43,922 bases of DNA. It comes from Chiloscyllium plagiosum (Eukaryota). The stretch covers positions 37,878,547 through 37,922,468 of the forward strand of contig NC_057719.1 of the NCBI RefSeq assembly GCF_004010195.1, in the 5' to 3' direction. Positions 1-12,458 of this stretch are shown here, in pieces (the stretch's first letter is position 1; each line of letters begins with the position of its first letter). The notes under the pieces are model-generated. The model saw nothing but the letters and a program-made list of their open reading frames with translations, was not told the origin of the DNA and did not search any database. The position numbers were made by a program, and so were the translations under genes.

Positions 1-59
1 TAATTAAGATATTTGATGGGCTAAAAGATTATGAAGCCCAAATGAAGCAAAACAAAAAC

Positions 60-385
60 AATGAATCATGCAATTATATAGCGCCTTTCAGAACCATCAA
101 ACCCTCCTCAATGCTTTACAGGCATTGAAGCACTTTGAACATGCAATTGCTGTTGTAACATAGTAAATATGGTACCCACTTTGTGCACAGCAAGCTCCCG
201 CAAATTGCAATGTGATAATAGTCAAATGATCTGTTCTTGTGGTGTTAATTGAGGAATATCATTGTTTGGAGCACAAGAACTCACTCTCCTGCTTTTCTTC
301 AAATAATAGTGCTTTGGGATCTTTTACTACAACCTGAGAGGACAGACAGGACTTTGATTTAACATCTTATTTGAAAGACATCACT
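60..385 (-). mobile_element. DeuSINE (SacSINE1/AmnSINE1-like) remnant
   Basis: Diverged match to recalled Deu-domain and tail motifs (gggatcttttac..acctgagagg.cagac, tttaacatct.att.gaaagac, tatatagcgcctttca). Confidence 0.65.
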
Positions 386-454
386 AAAAAGCCTGGCTAC
401 ACTTAAATAAGTCATCACGATCTGATTGGCGCATCTGAAGTTTGTGCGAGCACT

Positions 455-745
455 CAGGATTTTGAGGATGGAAATTGCAGGCGTATTGGCCCTAATTTTC
501 CAACCCTCTTTCAACATGGTTGGTGCCAGAGCATTGTATATCTATTTTTTTTTTAAAAAGAGTATGTGAATAAATACAGTAACTACAAGTCAATCACTTT
601 ATCATCTTGGTTGGAAAACTTTTAGAAATGACAAACCAGGATGAAATTAATAGTCACAGCAAGGCAAGAGTGGAACATGCTGGTTTTCCTTAATTTGACT
701 TTTCTTTAAATAAAGCATAGAGTATAAAAACAATAAAACTATGAA
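455..745 (+). mobile_element. Highly degraded CR1 ORF2 fragment
   Basis: Remnants resembling the ALIFQ..GVVPE..NYRPVSLTS region and a 'gcatagagtataaaa' segment. Confidence 0.45.
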
Positions 746-1394
746 GAATGTGTGTGCATGCTTGATAACCTTTTCCTGAACTACATTAGATGAACTGCAT
801 TTATTATTAAATACTTGGTGCTATTTTGAACCATGAAATGGAATACTGCTTTGCATTATTGACCATGACTGTTTTGAGATACAGAACAGCACATCATTTT
901 GATATGAAATATCCGTTCCTGCAAAATAAATAAATAAATGCCATCCTACAATTCTTTCTTTGGCTTAGGTTTGCCCTAAGTCTGATTACTGTATGTAGGA
1001 TTTCAAACTAATTTGAAAAGTATTTTAATTTTTAGTATTTAATTATCTTTTGTACGAGCCTTCTTAAGGTTTGACCTATCACAAACGCTGTTTAATTATC
1101 TTCTAATATCGTAGTGGAACTGTAATGTCAGGACTAGATTTTATTACTGACATGATAGCGTGCTACATAAGTATATACTCTTAAGTTCCCTGAATTTCTG
1201 TTTTGTTTGACTTCCATCTCATTTGCTTCTATAATCTCTCTGACAGTTCCAGCCCTCACCAGGATCAGGATACAAAAGATCAACTGAATCTTCAGTATGA
1301 TGGTGAAAGATTCTGTACTATTAAAGATGCAGTCATTTGGAAGAAATATTAAACTGAGCTTGTAAAAGAGATGTTGCCACTTATCAATAACATA

Positions 1395-2030
1395 TGAATA
1401 TATGAATTAAGAGCAGGAGTTGACCCCTTAAACCTACTCTGGCATTTAATAAGATTTTAGCTGATTACTTCATAATCTCACTTCTCCTCAGTGACATTTC
1501 ACCCTCTTGCTTATCAAAGATCTATCTAATGCTGCCTTAAATGTAATTAAAGACTATGCTTCCATTACTTTTTCATGAAAGGAGTTCCAAAAACGCTCAA
1601 ATCTTTGAGAAATAAATTCTGCTCAGATCTGTCTTAAATGGGCCACCCCTAATTTTAAATTGCCCTCCAAGAAACATATCTTTTCCATGTCTACCTGGTC
1701 AAGATTTCTCAAGATCTTGTGTTTTCTTTTTCTAAACTCCAGTATATAAAAACCTAGCTGATTCAGCCCTTCATTAGCTTTCCTAATTACTTGCTGTACT
1801 TGCATACTAAGCTTTTGTGTGTCAAACACCATGACAGTCTCATCATTCTGCATCTCAGAGTTCTGCAATCTTTCACTATTTAGTTAATATGCTTACTATT
1901 TATTCTACCTGCCAAAGCAAATAAGTACACATTTTCCGATCATTGTCCACTATCTATATCCTTATGTAGTCTCCTATGATTTCTTCACAACTTACTTTCC
2001 TACATATCTTTATGGTTGCTACATTTGCTG
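1395..2030 (-). mobile_element. CR1 LINE 3' fragment
   Basis: Reverse strand gives LNQLGFYILEFR..ILRNLDQVDMEK, typical of the CR1 ORF2 C-terminus, followed by a CR1-type 3' UTR. Confidence 0.7.
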
Positions 2031-3072
2031 ATGACCTGTGTATCAGTGCAGGTCTACTAATTCTTGAGCAAAAATAGTAAGATATGGAATGATGTATAAG
2101 AAACTTATGCATTTAAGAAGCACGTTTTCTTGCAGAGTACCAGTTATGATAATATTATCATGAACTACAGTAAAGGCTGCAATAAGATATATTGTAAATG
2201 CCGTAAAACCTGCAACTCTGTCATGATGCTACCGGCAGTACATTTACAATGTAGTCAAGTTTCAGCAAAAAAAGAAACGCTACTTATCCTCCTGTCTGCC
2301 TGTGACTGGAGTGTGCCTTCCAGAAAGGAGCTCTATGCGTGTCCATGTGCAGAATGCAACTTAAAGAGCAGGGAGAAGTGAAGCTCTTGAAGAAGTTGAA
2401 TGATATTTTAGTGCAGTCATCATTGTCAGTGTCCCTGATAAAGCATTCTGTGTTGTATATCAGAAAGCAGTGTGTTCTCTGATATTCCTCTAAAGACTGA
2501 GTAAGAATGAGAGAGTATGTACTTTTTATATTCATTTGCAACTTATCATTAAACAAATGCACTTCGGGATCATTTTCTGTCACACTTCATTTATTGTGAC
2601 ACATTCCGATTATTCTCTTCCTGAACAAATAAATATTTTTGCATAAAACTAGATAATGCTGAAGAAATTCAATAGATCGACAGCTTCTTCAGGGAGAGAA
2701 ACAGAATTTATGTTTTGAATCAAATATGACCCTTCTTTTGGAACTGAAGAGAGAGAGTTTTGGAAATTTTTTGTGGGAACAAAAATGCTGCAGCCTCTTA
2801 ACTGATTCAACCTAATGATTTCCAAAAAAAACACAATGCAGGCAGGCATCTGACTCTTGAATAGCAGGGAATGCGCCAAGTGATGTGTAGCCATGGGCTT
2901 TGTACCCTTAAAAATGCACTGGTTTGCTGAGTAAGGTGTAGCATGCCATTCTAGTGGTTATGCAACAATTTATCTGTTTGTGTCTATATATAATTAGGTA
3001 TAAAAGTAGTTTAGGATTTTGATTTTCCTTAGATTTTAATGCGATATTTTCAACAAACTCTTTCATTTAAAG

Positions 3073-3214
3073 CCATTAGGAACACAACTGATCAACATTT
3101 ATTCCAGCCCTAATGACCAGATGGTTTGGGCAGTTGATAGTCGAGGCAACATCCATGTGCGACTTGGAATTACAGAGGCAATGCCTGTCGGCACTGATTG
3201 GGAACATGTGCCAG
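3073..3214 (+). CDS. TECPR2: TECPR2 antepenultimate coding exon (tectonin beta-propeller repeats)
   Basis: AG acceptor at 3071-3072 and GT donor at 3215. Translates PLGTQLINIYSSPNDQMVWAVDSRGNIHVRLGITEAMPVGTDWEHVP(G), matching the human TECPR2 C-terminal region as recalled (SSPNDQMLWVLDSRWNVHVRTGITEEMPVGTAWEHVPG). Phase-1 end fits the next exon. Confidence 0.95.
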
Positions 3215-3364
3215 GTAAAAGAAGACTTCATTATTTATCTTTATCCAACTATGTGTCTAATAGTTTCACTCTGTTTATGTATTTATTAGCAGAGATAAGG
3301 TTAGCTGCCCTACAATTTCCTATTTTATTCTTGTCTCCAATGTAGAATGATATTTGTAGTCCAA

Positions 3365-4135
3365 TGTATAGAGATGTACAGCACAGCAGCAGACCCTTTG
3401 GCCCGACTTGTCCATGCCGACCAGGTATCCTAAATTAATCTAGTCCCATTTGCCAGCACTTGGCCTATATCCCTCTAAACTCTTCCTATTCATATACCTA
3501 TCCAGATGTCTTTTAAACATTGTAATTATACTAGCCTCCACCACTTCCTCTGGCAGTTCATTCCATACACACACCACCCTCTACATGAAAAGATAGCCCC
3601 TTAGGTCCCTTTTATATCTTTCCCTTCTCACCCTAAACCTATGCCCTCTAGTCCTGGACTCCCCCCCCCCCCAGAGAAATGACCTCATCTATTTAACCTA
3701 TCCATGCTTCTCATGATTTTATAAAGCTCTATAAGATCACCCATCAGCCTCCAAGGAAAACAGCCCCAGCCTATTCAGCCTCTACCTACAGCTCAAACCC
3801 TCCAATCCCGGCAATATCTTTGTAAATCTTCTCTAAACCTTTCAAGTTTCACAGCATCCTTCCTATAGAACAGAAACCAGAGTTGCACGCAATGTTCCAA
3901 AAGTGGCCTAACCAATGTCCGGACAGCTACAACATGACCTCTCAACTCCTATACTCAATACTCTGACCAATAAAGGAAAACCTACCAAACTCTTTCTTCA
4001 CTATCCTATCTACCTGCAACCCCACTTTGAAGGAGCTATGAACCTGCACTCCAAGATCTGTTTGTTCAGCAGTACTCCCCAGAATCTTACCATTAAGTTT
4101 ATAAGTCCTGCCCTGATTTGACTTTCCAAAATGCC
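3365..4135 (-). mobile_element. CR1 LINE 3' fragment
   Basis: Typical shark CR1 3' end in reverse (agagatgtacagcac...cccatttgccagcacttggcc...) plus the ORF2 C-terminus. Confidence 0.85.
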
Positions 4136-4137
4136 AT

Positions 4138-4310
4138 GATGTGGAGGAGCCGGTTTTGGACTGGGGTGGACAAAGTTAAAAATCACACTACACCAGGTTA
4201 CAGTCCAACAGGTTTATTTGGAAGCACTAGCTTTTGGAGCGCTGCTCCTTCAACACGTATCTGGAATAAACCTGTGGGACTATAACCTAGTGTTGTGACT
4301 TTTTAACCTT
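4138..4310. mobile_element. Penelope-derived short element with inverted arms
   Basis: aagttaaaaatcacactacaccaggttacagtccaacaggtttatt (~4173-4218) is an imperfect inverted repeat of aataaacctgtgggactataacctagtgttgtgactttttaac (~4265-4307). The centre resembles a decayed hammerhead. Confidence 0.65.
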
Positions 4311-4399
4311 TACCAACATGCTTAAATACTTGGTCAGAGAATTTGTCAAATTGTTGACAATGCCACTTCTCTTTCACCTCAATTTTTTTCTCAAGTATT

Positions 4400-4822
4400 C
4401 AAATTCAGCTGCCACACCTCTCACGAAGCTTGATACTATCAGTTCAAAGCAGCCCATTTCATAGGCACCGCAACCACCACCTTATACATTCACTCCCTCC
4501 ACTACAAACATGCAGTTGCATCATTGGGTAACATCTAGAAGACTCTGTGCAGCAATTTACCTTGGTTTGTTGAACAAGCCTATGGTCTCTTCTGCCAGAA
4601 AGATGAGGAGCAGTAGTTTTTGGCTCACCACCACATTCCCCTTCCAAGTTGCACACCATCCTCATTTAGAAATATGTCACCATTATCTTTCTGGTACTTG
4701 GTTAAAATGCTAGAATTCTCTCCTTAACAGGGCAATGATGTACTTATACCACATGGCCTGCAGAAAGATGGCTCACCATCAACTTCTCAAAGGCAGTTAT
4801 TTCTGGCGTTAAAGAATAAATA
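4400..4822 (+). mobile_element. CR1-group LINE 3' end
   Basis: Motifs cattcactccctcc, caccatcct.a.ttagaaatat and gctcaccatcaacttctcaa.ggca recur at 19130-19410 and 24470-24600. Confidence 0.6.
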
Positions 4823-5074
4823 AAACGTTTATGATGATTTTACAATCTTAGTAACGATCTTCTGTCTGAAAAATGTTCTTGGTATTTATGCCATCCTTCT
4901 GCTCTCCACTGTAAAGTTGCTTACTTCATCTGTTAGCTGATGTATCTCTACCATAATTATGTTGCTTATTGTCTGCATCTTTTTTTTTAAAATGTCTGTT
5001 GTACATGACTATTGTACCAATTCTTTCTTATCTTCATGTTAGGAAGTTTAATAAATTCCTTCATTAAATGAATT

Positions 5075-5620
5075 TAAGAGTAGGGAGGTTGTGCTTGCAG
5101 AGCATTAGTAAGATTACATCTTAACACGGAATACTAAATATAGCATTGGATCAATGCAAATACATTGAAAATAGCACAGAGGAAGTAAACTAGACTAATG
5201 CCTAGGATGAGTGGATTATGAGAAAAGGTTGGAGAATTGAAATTCAGAAGAGTAGAAGGCTAGTTGATTGAAGCTTCTAAGAGAGATCCTGACAGGGCAG
5301 ATGTAGGCAAGATTCTTTTCGTGGGAGAATATGGAACGTGGGGCCATCATTTGCAAAAGATAATGTGCTCGCCATATAAGATAGATAGTGAGAATTCTTT
5401 CCTTAACAGGGGATCATGAGGCTTTAGAGCTCTCTTCCTCAAAAGGTGGTGGAAACAAGATCTATGAATAATTTTATGGCCAAAGTAGACAGATTCCTCA
5501 TAAGTAAACGGTGAGAGGTTATTAGAGGTAAGTGGGAATATGGAATAATCAGATTAATCATAATGTCATTGAATAGTGGAATAGGATCAAGAGGCTGGGT
5601 AGCTTAGTTGTATGGTGATA
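5075..5620 (+). mobile_element. Degraded CR1 3' fragment
   Basis: Remnant of the ALVR.HL / ENSTEEVN.TNA / YEKRLE..EFRR region and 3' UTR. Confidence 0.6.
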
Positions 5621-5879
5621 TCTTGCTAATCTCTTTTGTTTCATTTTCCTCTACTCTTTGTACTGATCCTCATTATACTTTCAGCTTCCCAAGTGACCCC
5701 CAACAGTGGGTTTACCTGTATTTTCTTACCAGAGCTAGGTTTCTTCTTTGTTGAAGTAGTCATTGAATCATAGTGTGTACTGGTAAATGACCTGTTTAAA
5801 TACTAGAACATCATCAGAAAATTTAGTATGATCCATGTTTTACAATCACTTCTATACAATAACTAGAACATTTTTGTAG

Positions 5880-6029
5880 GTTTACAGGCAAGTCAGTTAA
5901 CTGTGAGCTATAGAACAGTGTGGGTACGTTGTTCTAATGGAGATATAGCACGTCGCTATGGAATAACTAACAAAAATCCTGCAGGCGATTATTGGAAGAA
6001 GATTCCTGGTAATGTGATTTGCTTGACAG
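5880..6029 (+). CDS. TECPR2: TECPR2 penultimate coding exon
   Basis: tttttgtag acceptor and GTAAG donor at 6030. 150 bp, phase 1/1. Translates (G)LQASQLTVSYRTVWVRCSNGDIARRYGITNKNPAGDYWKKIPGNVICLT. Not in the ORF track. Confidence 0.95.
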
Positions 6030-7476
6030 GTAAGGAGATCACACATTCGTTTTCCTCCAATAAATAAATATAGTCCATTATCTAATTTCTAGTTAAAGTT
6101 GCAAATGTTCACTGACCTTTTTTTGCAATAGCCCCCTAAAATTATATTTATGAGATCATAATTTATTTTTAAAAATCTGCTATGTCTGTTGTAACCAAAT
6201 CCGGATAATTCAAGTCAATTCTTTGAGACTAGCTTATGTTTTCTGGACCTAATAAGCTGTTCCTGTTTGTAGAAATATTTACAGAGACTGTATAACAATT
6301 GGAATAATAACCATAAAATCTGTCAAGATCAAATTCTGTGAATGCTGTTCCCACACAATCTTAAGTTGTAATGATGTAGATATTAAATTTTAATACATTG
6401 AATGACAGCTCGTGTATGCATTATGCACAGAAATACTGACACATTTTTATAGTTGGTGATAAAGTTCTGCTAAGAATTAAGTTGATCATCGTTTTTGAAA
6501 TGGCAGGGAAAATCCAAGCACACTCAATTGTGGATGAGCCAATTGTCTGTCCATGCGCATCTGAACTTCCAGATTTAGAATAGATTATATAATTCTTCAC
6601 TGAGTTCTTATATATTGAAAGTGATTATTTCTGGCAATAAAAGTCATCAAGCATTGCTTCAGAAGTTTCCATTATAATCACCCTCCTTGAGGCAGGAGAA
6701 ACAGCCTGATATGATAGCATACTTTAATAGTCTATGGTGGCGTCTGGGCAACTTTACTTCCACAATTTACAGTCTGCAGTGGTGAATTTGTAATCTCATT
6801 GTGTAAATTTGAAACTTTTATCTAGATTATCCACTTTTCCATGGTATTCATTACCAATGGTCTTCTAATATCAAGCTTACCATCTTCCTGCTCCCCTCGA
6901 TATTAAATATTTTAGCTTAATTTCAGTTCTCACAGCCAAAGGTAATGCATTTTTTAAAAAACATCCAAACATCTGCACACTCAGCAGAGAATCATGTGAA
7001 AGCAATTTATAAGAGTTACATTCCTGTCTCCTGCTCTATTTCATTGGAATTGATAGTTATTCCTGAAATCTGTGATTGTGCTGACTGAAATTGGACTCCT
7101 CAGCAGTGATTAGGTTTGAATTCTGCAATCTCTTGGTTTGAATAATACTGCATGTCAGCAATGTTTACCTATTCACTACCTTATCTGGTTTATTGCTGTT
7201 AGCATTGACCTTTACTTTACAAACATTTTACATGACTGGTGAATTAATTCATTGACAATTGTATTACCTTGCAAAAATATTATTCAAACGAGAACATATT
7301 GATTTTTTTTTTTAAGTGCACCACAGACATTTGCCACAAGAAGAAAATGCCTTTGTGAGGATAAAATATCAGATTTTCTCCTTTAAAGATGTTGTTATAT
7401 AACCAGGAAAATCTCTTCTAAAGGAGTGGGCGATATAAGACCCTTTGGACTTACTTGTTCAAGGGCTTCTTACCTT

Positions 7477-10400
7477 TTTTCTTAAATACATTGCTATTAA
7501 AAAAGGAAATTTCTTCATTTGAATATTACAACAAATACAAAACCAAACAATTCAAGCTAATAGTAAAAAAAAGCCTGTTAATTACGTAAATAGATCTCAA
7601 TTAATAACTAAGCCAGAAAAGTCTTAACAATAATAATGATAATAACCATAACACAGCTCAGCAAACAAAGCAATAACCCTCAATTATTGAGCACATAAGT
7701 TTATACATATTCCTATGTTTGTAGTTCCTCCCCTCTGGACACCAGATTCATTACCTAGAATTGCCATGGCTATATGAAGGCTGTTTTAATATGGCGGACA
7801 AATCTGTACCCAGGTAGTCCAAAAAGGGCTGCTATGTCTTATAGAAATTCTCAGTTTTATGGTGCACCGTACTTGTAAGAAAGACCGAGGGGATGTGCTC
7901 CACGACTAGCTTACGCCAGCCCGTCAGCCCCAGGGGATTGTCCGACACCCACCCTAACAGAATGTTCTTTCTGGCACAAGAAGTGAGTATACTGAAAAGC
8001 CTTTTTTTGTGTGTGCATCTAATGAAAATGAATTAACAAAACCAAGAAGAGGAGACACCGGGTCCATCTCCACCTCTGTCCCCCAAGTCCTTCTCTATTT
8101 CGCCTACCACAGTGCTCCAATATACCCGCAGTCTGTGGCAGGACCAAAGACAATAAGTAAGCGTGCCCATGCTCACTTTACATTAGGACACATTGGTGAT
8201 GCTCCCGCTTTAAATTTAGTGAGGCGGCCTGGGGCCAGATGGAGCCAGTGGAGAATCTTCAATTGCAAGGCATCGGTCCTATTGCAAATCGAGATCCTTC
8301 ATGCATTTTCCCAGATATCCTCCCATACTTCAGAAAAGATCTCGACAATCAACTCCCTCTTCCATACCTTACAGAGCCATTTGGTCTTGTCTGAGGGACC
8401 CTCTCCCAACAGATAATAAGCATTGCTAACAGATAATGTATCCTCAGCACTCAGCACCTCTTCTCCATTTTGCACCTCTAAGGATCAGTTAGAAGTGTGG
8501 TCTCTTTTTGTATGATGTTTCTAATTTGAAAGAATCAAAAGAGGTCCTTACTGGGTAATTCATATTTCCGAGCCAGCTAGTCAAAGGACATAAATATGTT
8601 CCTTTCAAATAAATCTCCCAGGCAAGACACGCCCCTAGCTGCACATAGTTTAAACCCAGAGACCATCATCCAGGCATACCAACTATGGGTGTCAAAAATG
8701 ATGTTTTGGAAATATTGCCCTCACCCTGACTCATTGCCCTCCACGCTTTGACAGTATTGATTACTGCAATTGACTGCAATTTAGTCAATTTAATTAGGAG
8801 CCGCTTGTGATACCAGATAGAAGAACTAAACCAGCTGCTCAGTTTTCTAAATATTTGCTTAATAAAAAGCAGAGGAAGCATTCACATAGGATACAACAGA
8901 CTGGGCAGAATGTTCATTTTAATGAGGGCTGTCCGATCTAACCAAGAGATCGGAGTGCCTCCCATCTACAAAGGTCCTGCTTGATCCTTTTGAATAAATG
9001 GGCAAAATTGGCTTTAAGTAGCCAATCAAAAATGGGAGTGATTAAAATACCTAAGTAGAGAAAGCCCTCCTGTGACCATCTGAAAGAGAACCTAGATCTG
9101 CCCTCAAGATCAGGCACTCTCGGGAGACCGCCCATAGACATGGCCTCTGGCTTTGCAAAATTGATATTATAACCCGAGAAGCCACCAAATAGATTGATGC
9201 ATTGTATCAGGTGTGGCACTAAGACTGTTGGGTTTGATAAGAAGACAAGGACTGCATCCGCATACAACGCGATCTGTGTGACTTTGTCTCTCTTAGTTGT
9301 GTCCTCCCACACCATCTCTGTGAGTCATTAAACATACTAAGCATTGCCCTGACAATATACTTATAAATTCCTTATAGAACTCACTGGGGAACCCGTCAGG
9401 ACCCGGCGCCTATCCATTCTGGAGCTGCCTCACTGCCTCCTGCATCTCTTGTCTGACAGTGGGCCATTGAGGAGAGACTTTTGTTCAGGGGTCACTCCCG
9501 GAAGGTTCAAATTCTTAAAAAAAGACTCCATCCAAACCCGCCCACTCTACAGCTTTCAGATTGGTATAATTCAGAGTAAAATTTCTGGAATGCTGCATTA
9601 CTCCTTTAGAATCGTAGGTCAAATTTCCAGTGTCCTCTCTGATTGAGGTAATGGCCGGCGGGGGGGGCACTTTTTTTTTCCCTAGCAAGATATGCTCGGT
9701 TCTTGCCCGGCTTATCCCTATGCTCAAACAGCCTTTGACTTGCAAATGTAAGCTCCCTCTTGGCTGTCCGTGTGAGCATGGAGTTAAGCATAGACTGAAG
9801 CACCATGTTCCTTTGCAGTTTAACAAGTGAGGGCCTGTCAAAATATGCCTTTTCAGCTACTTTCAGACGCGCCTCGAGCAAGCGCTGCTGCTCACTCACC
9901 ATCACTTCTGACTGGCCGAATAGAAAACAACCAACCCCCGAGCATAGGCTTTAGCTGTTTCCCAAAGGATGGATGGGCTACTGGCTGAGCCAGAATTAAT
10001 ATCTAAAAAAGCCCTGAACTCAGTAGAAAATAATTCAATAAACTTGCTATCCTTGAGAATGAAGGGGTCCAGTCGCCAGTGCTTGGAACCTACTACCGTT
10101 ACTCTTAACCATTAAATACACTGGGATGTGATCAGAAATAGGGATATTGCCAATTGTACATGACACCACCGAGCCCAGATGTGCTGCGGGGGTCAGAAAA
10201 CGATCAATCCTGGTATGGCATTTATGTGGGTTTGAAAGGAACATGATGTCCCTGGCATTAGGGTGAAGGTGCCTCCAAACATCTACCAAACCCAATCCAG
10301 CACGCAGATCCCTTAATTGTTTATGTTGCAAAGAAGATATCGGCGGCAATCTGTGTACAGTAGGATCGATGAGACAATTGAAATCTCTCCCTACGATGAT

Positions 10401-12182
10401 ATGTTGAGATGCAAGGTTAATCAGTCTAGAAAGTGCATTTGTGAAGAATTTAAGAGGGTGGGGTGGGGGACAGTAAACATTTAAGATCCCATATTCTTCT
10501 CTATGTATCAAAGCTTTAAGGATTACAAATCTCCCATTTATGTCTTTAATGCACTCTAATAACTTAAATGGGAGGTTCTTTCTAACTAAAATAGCCACCC
10601 CTCTACTGTTCGTATTGAAAGATGAAAAATAAACCCATTCTGTTGCAGATTCAAATGCTCTGCATCATCCAAGTGTGGTTCTTATAATAAGGCAACATTC
10701 ACCCTCTCCCTTTTAAGGCTCTTCCTTCCTCTTGACAGATGAATGACTCCCCTTAATATTCCTTATAAACATTCTTAGCCATAACCTTCTATAGCACCAT
10801 TTAGACTCCAGAGAGAAAACTACACAGACTAAAATAACTACACCCAACAAATCTGCAAAATTTACAAAAACTATATACAGCAAAAACAGAAAATTGCCAA
10901 AGGCACTAATTGGAGAAATATACCTCCCATTCAAAAGGGTTACGTACACATCCTACAAACCTACTAACCATCCCAACGGCCCCCTCAACTCCTACCAGCT
11001 AGGGCCACTCCACATACACCAACCAACGGATAGAGATAAAACAAACACCCAAAAGCAAGGTTAGTACAATCTACAAGTAAACTAAAAATAAGTATGTCAA
11101 CCATCCCTTAACATAACTTTGAGATTAAAGATAAATGCGCTATCCATCCTGGACATCATTTCACGCAATGTATTACTAGAAAGGAGACTCCATCAAGTCC
11201 TTTTTAAAGAAGAGCAAACCCAAACAGCTCTGTCCTCTCCGCCTATTCGGCCATTCGACGTATGTCAACATGTCCACAAAGTTCTTCACCTTCTCTGGTG
11301 AGACGAACAAATATATGGATCCATTATGATTGATCCGAAGCATTGCTGGATATCTTAAAGAATACTGGATGCCAAACTCTCTGTTTCCTCTTGACGTCAT
11401 CGTAGGACTTCCTTTTCCAGACCACTGTCACCAAGAAGTCTTGAGAAAAACATGACCCTGGAGCCGCCACATACCAACGCCCTCGAATCCCTCCCCAGAC
11501 TCTAGAGGCTTCCATGACCCTCTTCTTGTCTTTATAGCGATGGAACCTTACCAGGACAGAGCGTGGGCGCTTATCCGCACTTGGCTTTTGTGCCACGATC
11601 CGGTGGGCTCTTTCAATTGTTATCCTTCCCTTCTCAACCTCCAAACCAAGGAACTCCGGGAACCACTTCTCGAAGAACTCCACCGTCCGTTCACCTTCTA
11701 TCCCCTCTGGTATGCCAACAATGTGCAGGTTCTTTCTTCTGCCCCTGTTTTTGAGATAGTCTACCAGAACCAGCAGACCTTTGCTTCTTGGGCTTCAGTC
11801 GGTTCTTGGAGGAGTCAGTCTCTGCCTCTACCCCTGCAGCCTGGCACTCTAGCTCATCAGTCCTTTTTCCCAGGTCTTGCAGCAGAGCAGATACAGGAGG
11901 CAGCTTCTCCCTGATTTTTTTTCCTGAATATGCATCCCCAGGACTTTGCAGGATTTAGCCAGCTCCTGAACCAGGGTCTGGTGAGTAACCAAGCCCGCTG
12001 TTTCAGTGGGCTAGGCCATGGCCCTGGCCCCAGGCCAGCTTCCTCCTTTCTTCGGCATTTCCAGCTGCAAGGACAAAGGTCGGTAGATTTTTTTCAGGTT
12101 TCTAGCTCCTTCACTTTTTTTTGCTCACAGTAAAGTGTTTGGGATGGGCCCTGGCTCTGTTAGGTCAGTGTTGCAGCGCAGA
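7477..12182 (-). mobile_element. L1 retrotransposon, both ends present, internally deleted and decayed, antisense in the last TECPR2 intron
   Basis: ORF1 remnants (IERAHR..RPRSVLVRFH, YSLRYPAML, ~11230-12115), APE endonuclease (AILVRKNLPF..GRDFN..ISDH, 10047-10700), RT (APGPDGFPSEFYK, LYADA, YLGI) and C-terminal region. Flanked by the direct repeat GCTTCTTACCTT at 7465-7476 and 12183-12194. Confidence 0.92.
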
Positions 12183-12300
12183 GCTTCTTACCTTAATATC
12201 AAATAAATTGTAATGTTTGTTACTGTTTTACAATACTTGAGTTACTTCAATGCTTGTTTTCAAGCTTTTTAATTATGTTTGCTGTTCTACTTTCTCATAG

Positions 12301-12458
12301 TTACACCTCAAGATGACCTGTGGGCCATTAGCACTGGAGGCTCACTTCTTCAACGACTTACCAAGAATTTTAATCATACCGATGCACTAATTAATCCTAA
12401 CCGTATTGCTCTTTTGGGTCAATCTGAGGACTTTGATGATGAGTGGGAGGTCATCTGA
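12301..12458 (+). CDS. TECPR2: TECPR2 last coding exon with C-terminal LIR motif
   Basis: tttctcatag acceptor at 12291-12300. Translates (V)TPQDDLWAISTGGSLLQRLTKNFNHTDALINPNRIALLGQSEDFDDEWEVI, TGA at 12456-12458. Human TECPR2 ends EDLEDEWEVI. Confidence 0.95.

Noticed and set aside
2130..2640. Cys-rich short ORFs as an upstream exon or small protein
   Set aside because: No recognisable similarity to TECPR2 or other families, and no convincing splice-site pair.
3121..3345. 74-aa standalone ORF
   Set aside because: It is a TECPR2 exon read through its donor site into the intron.
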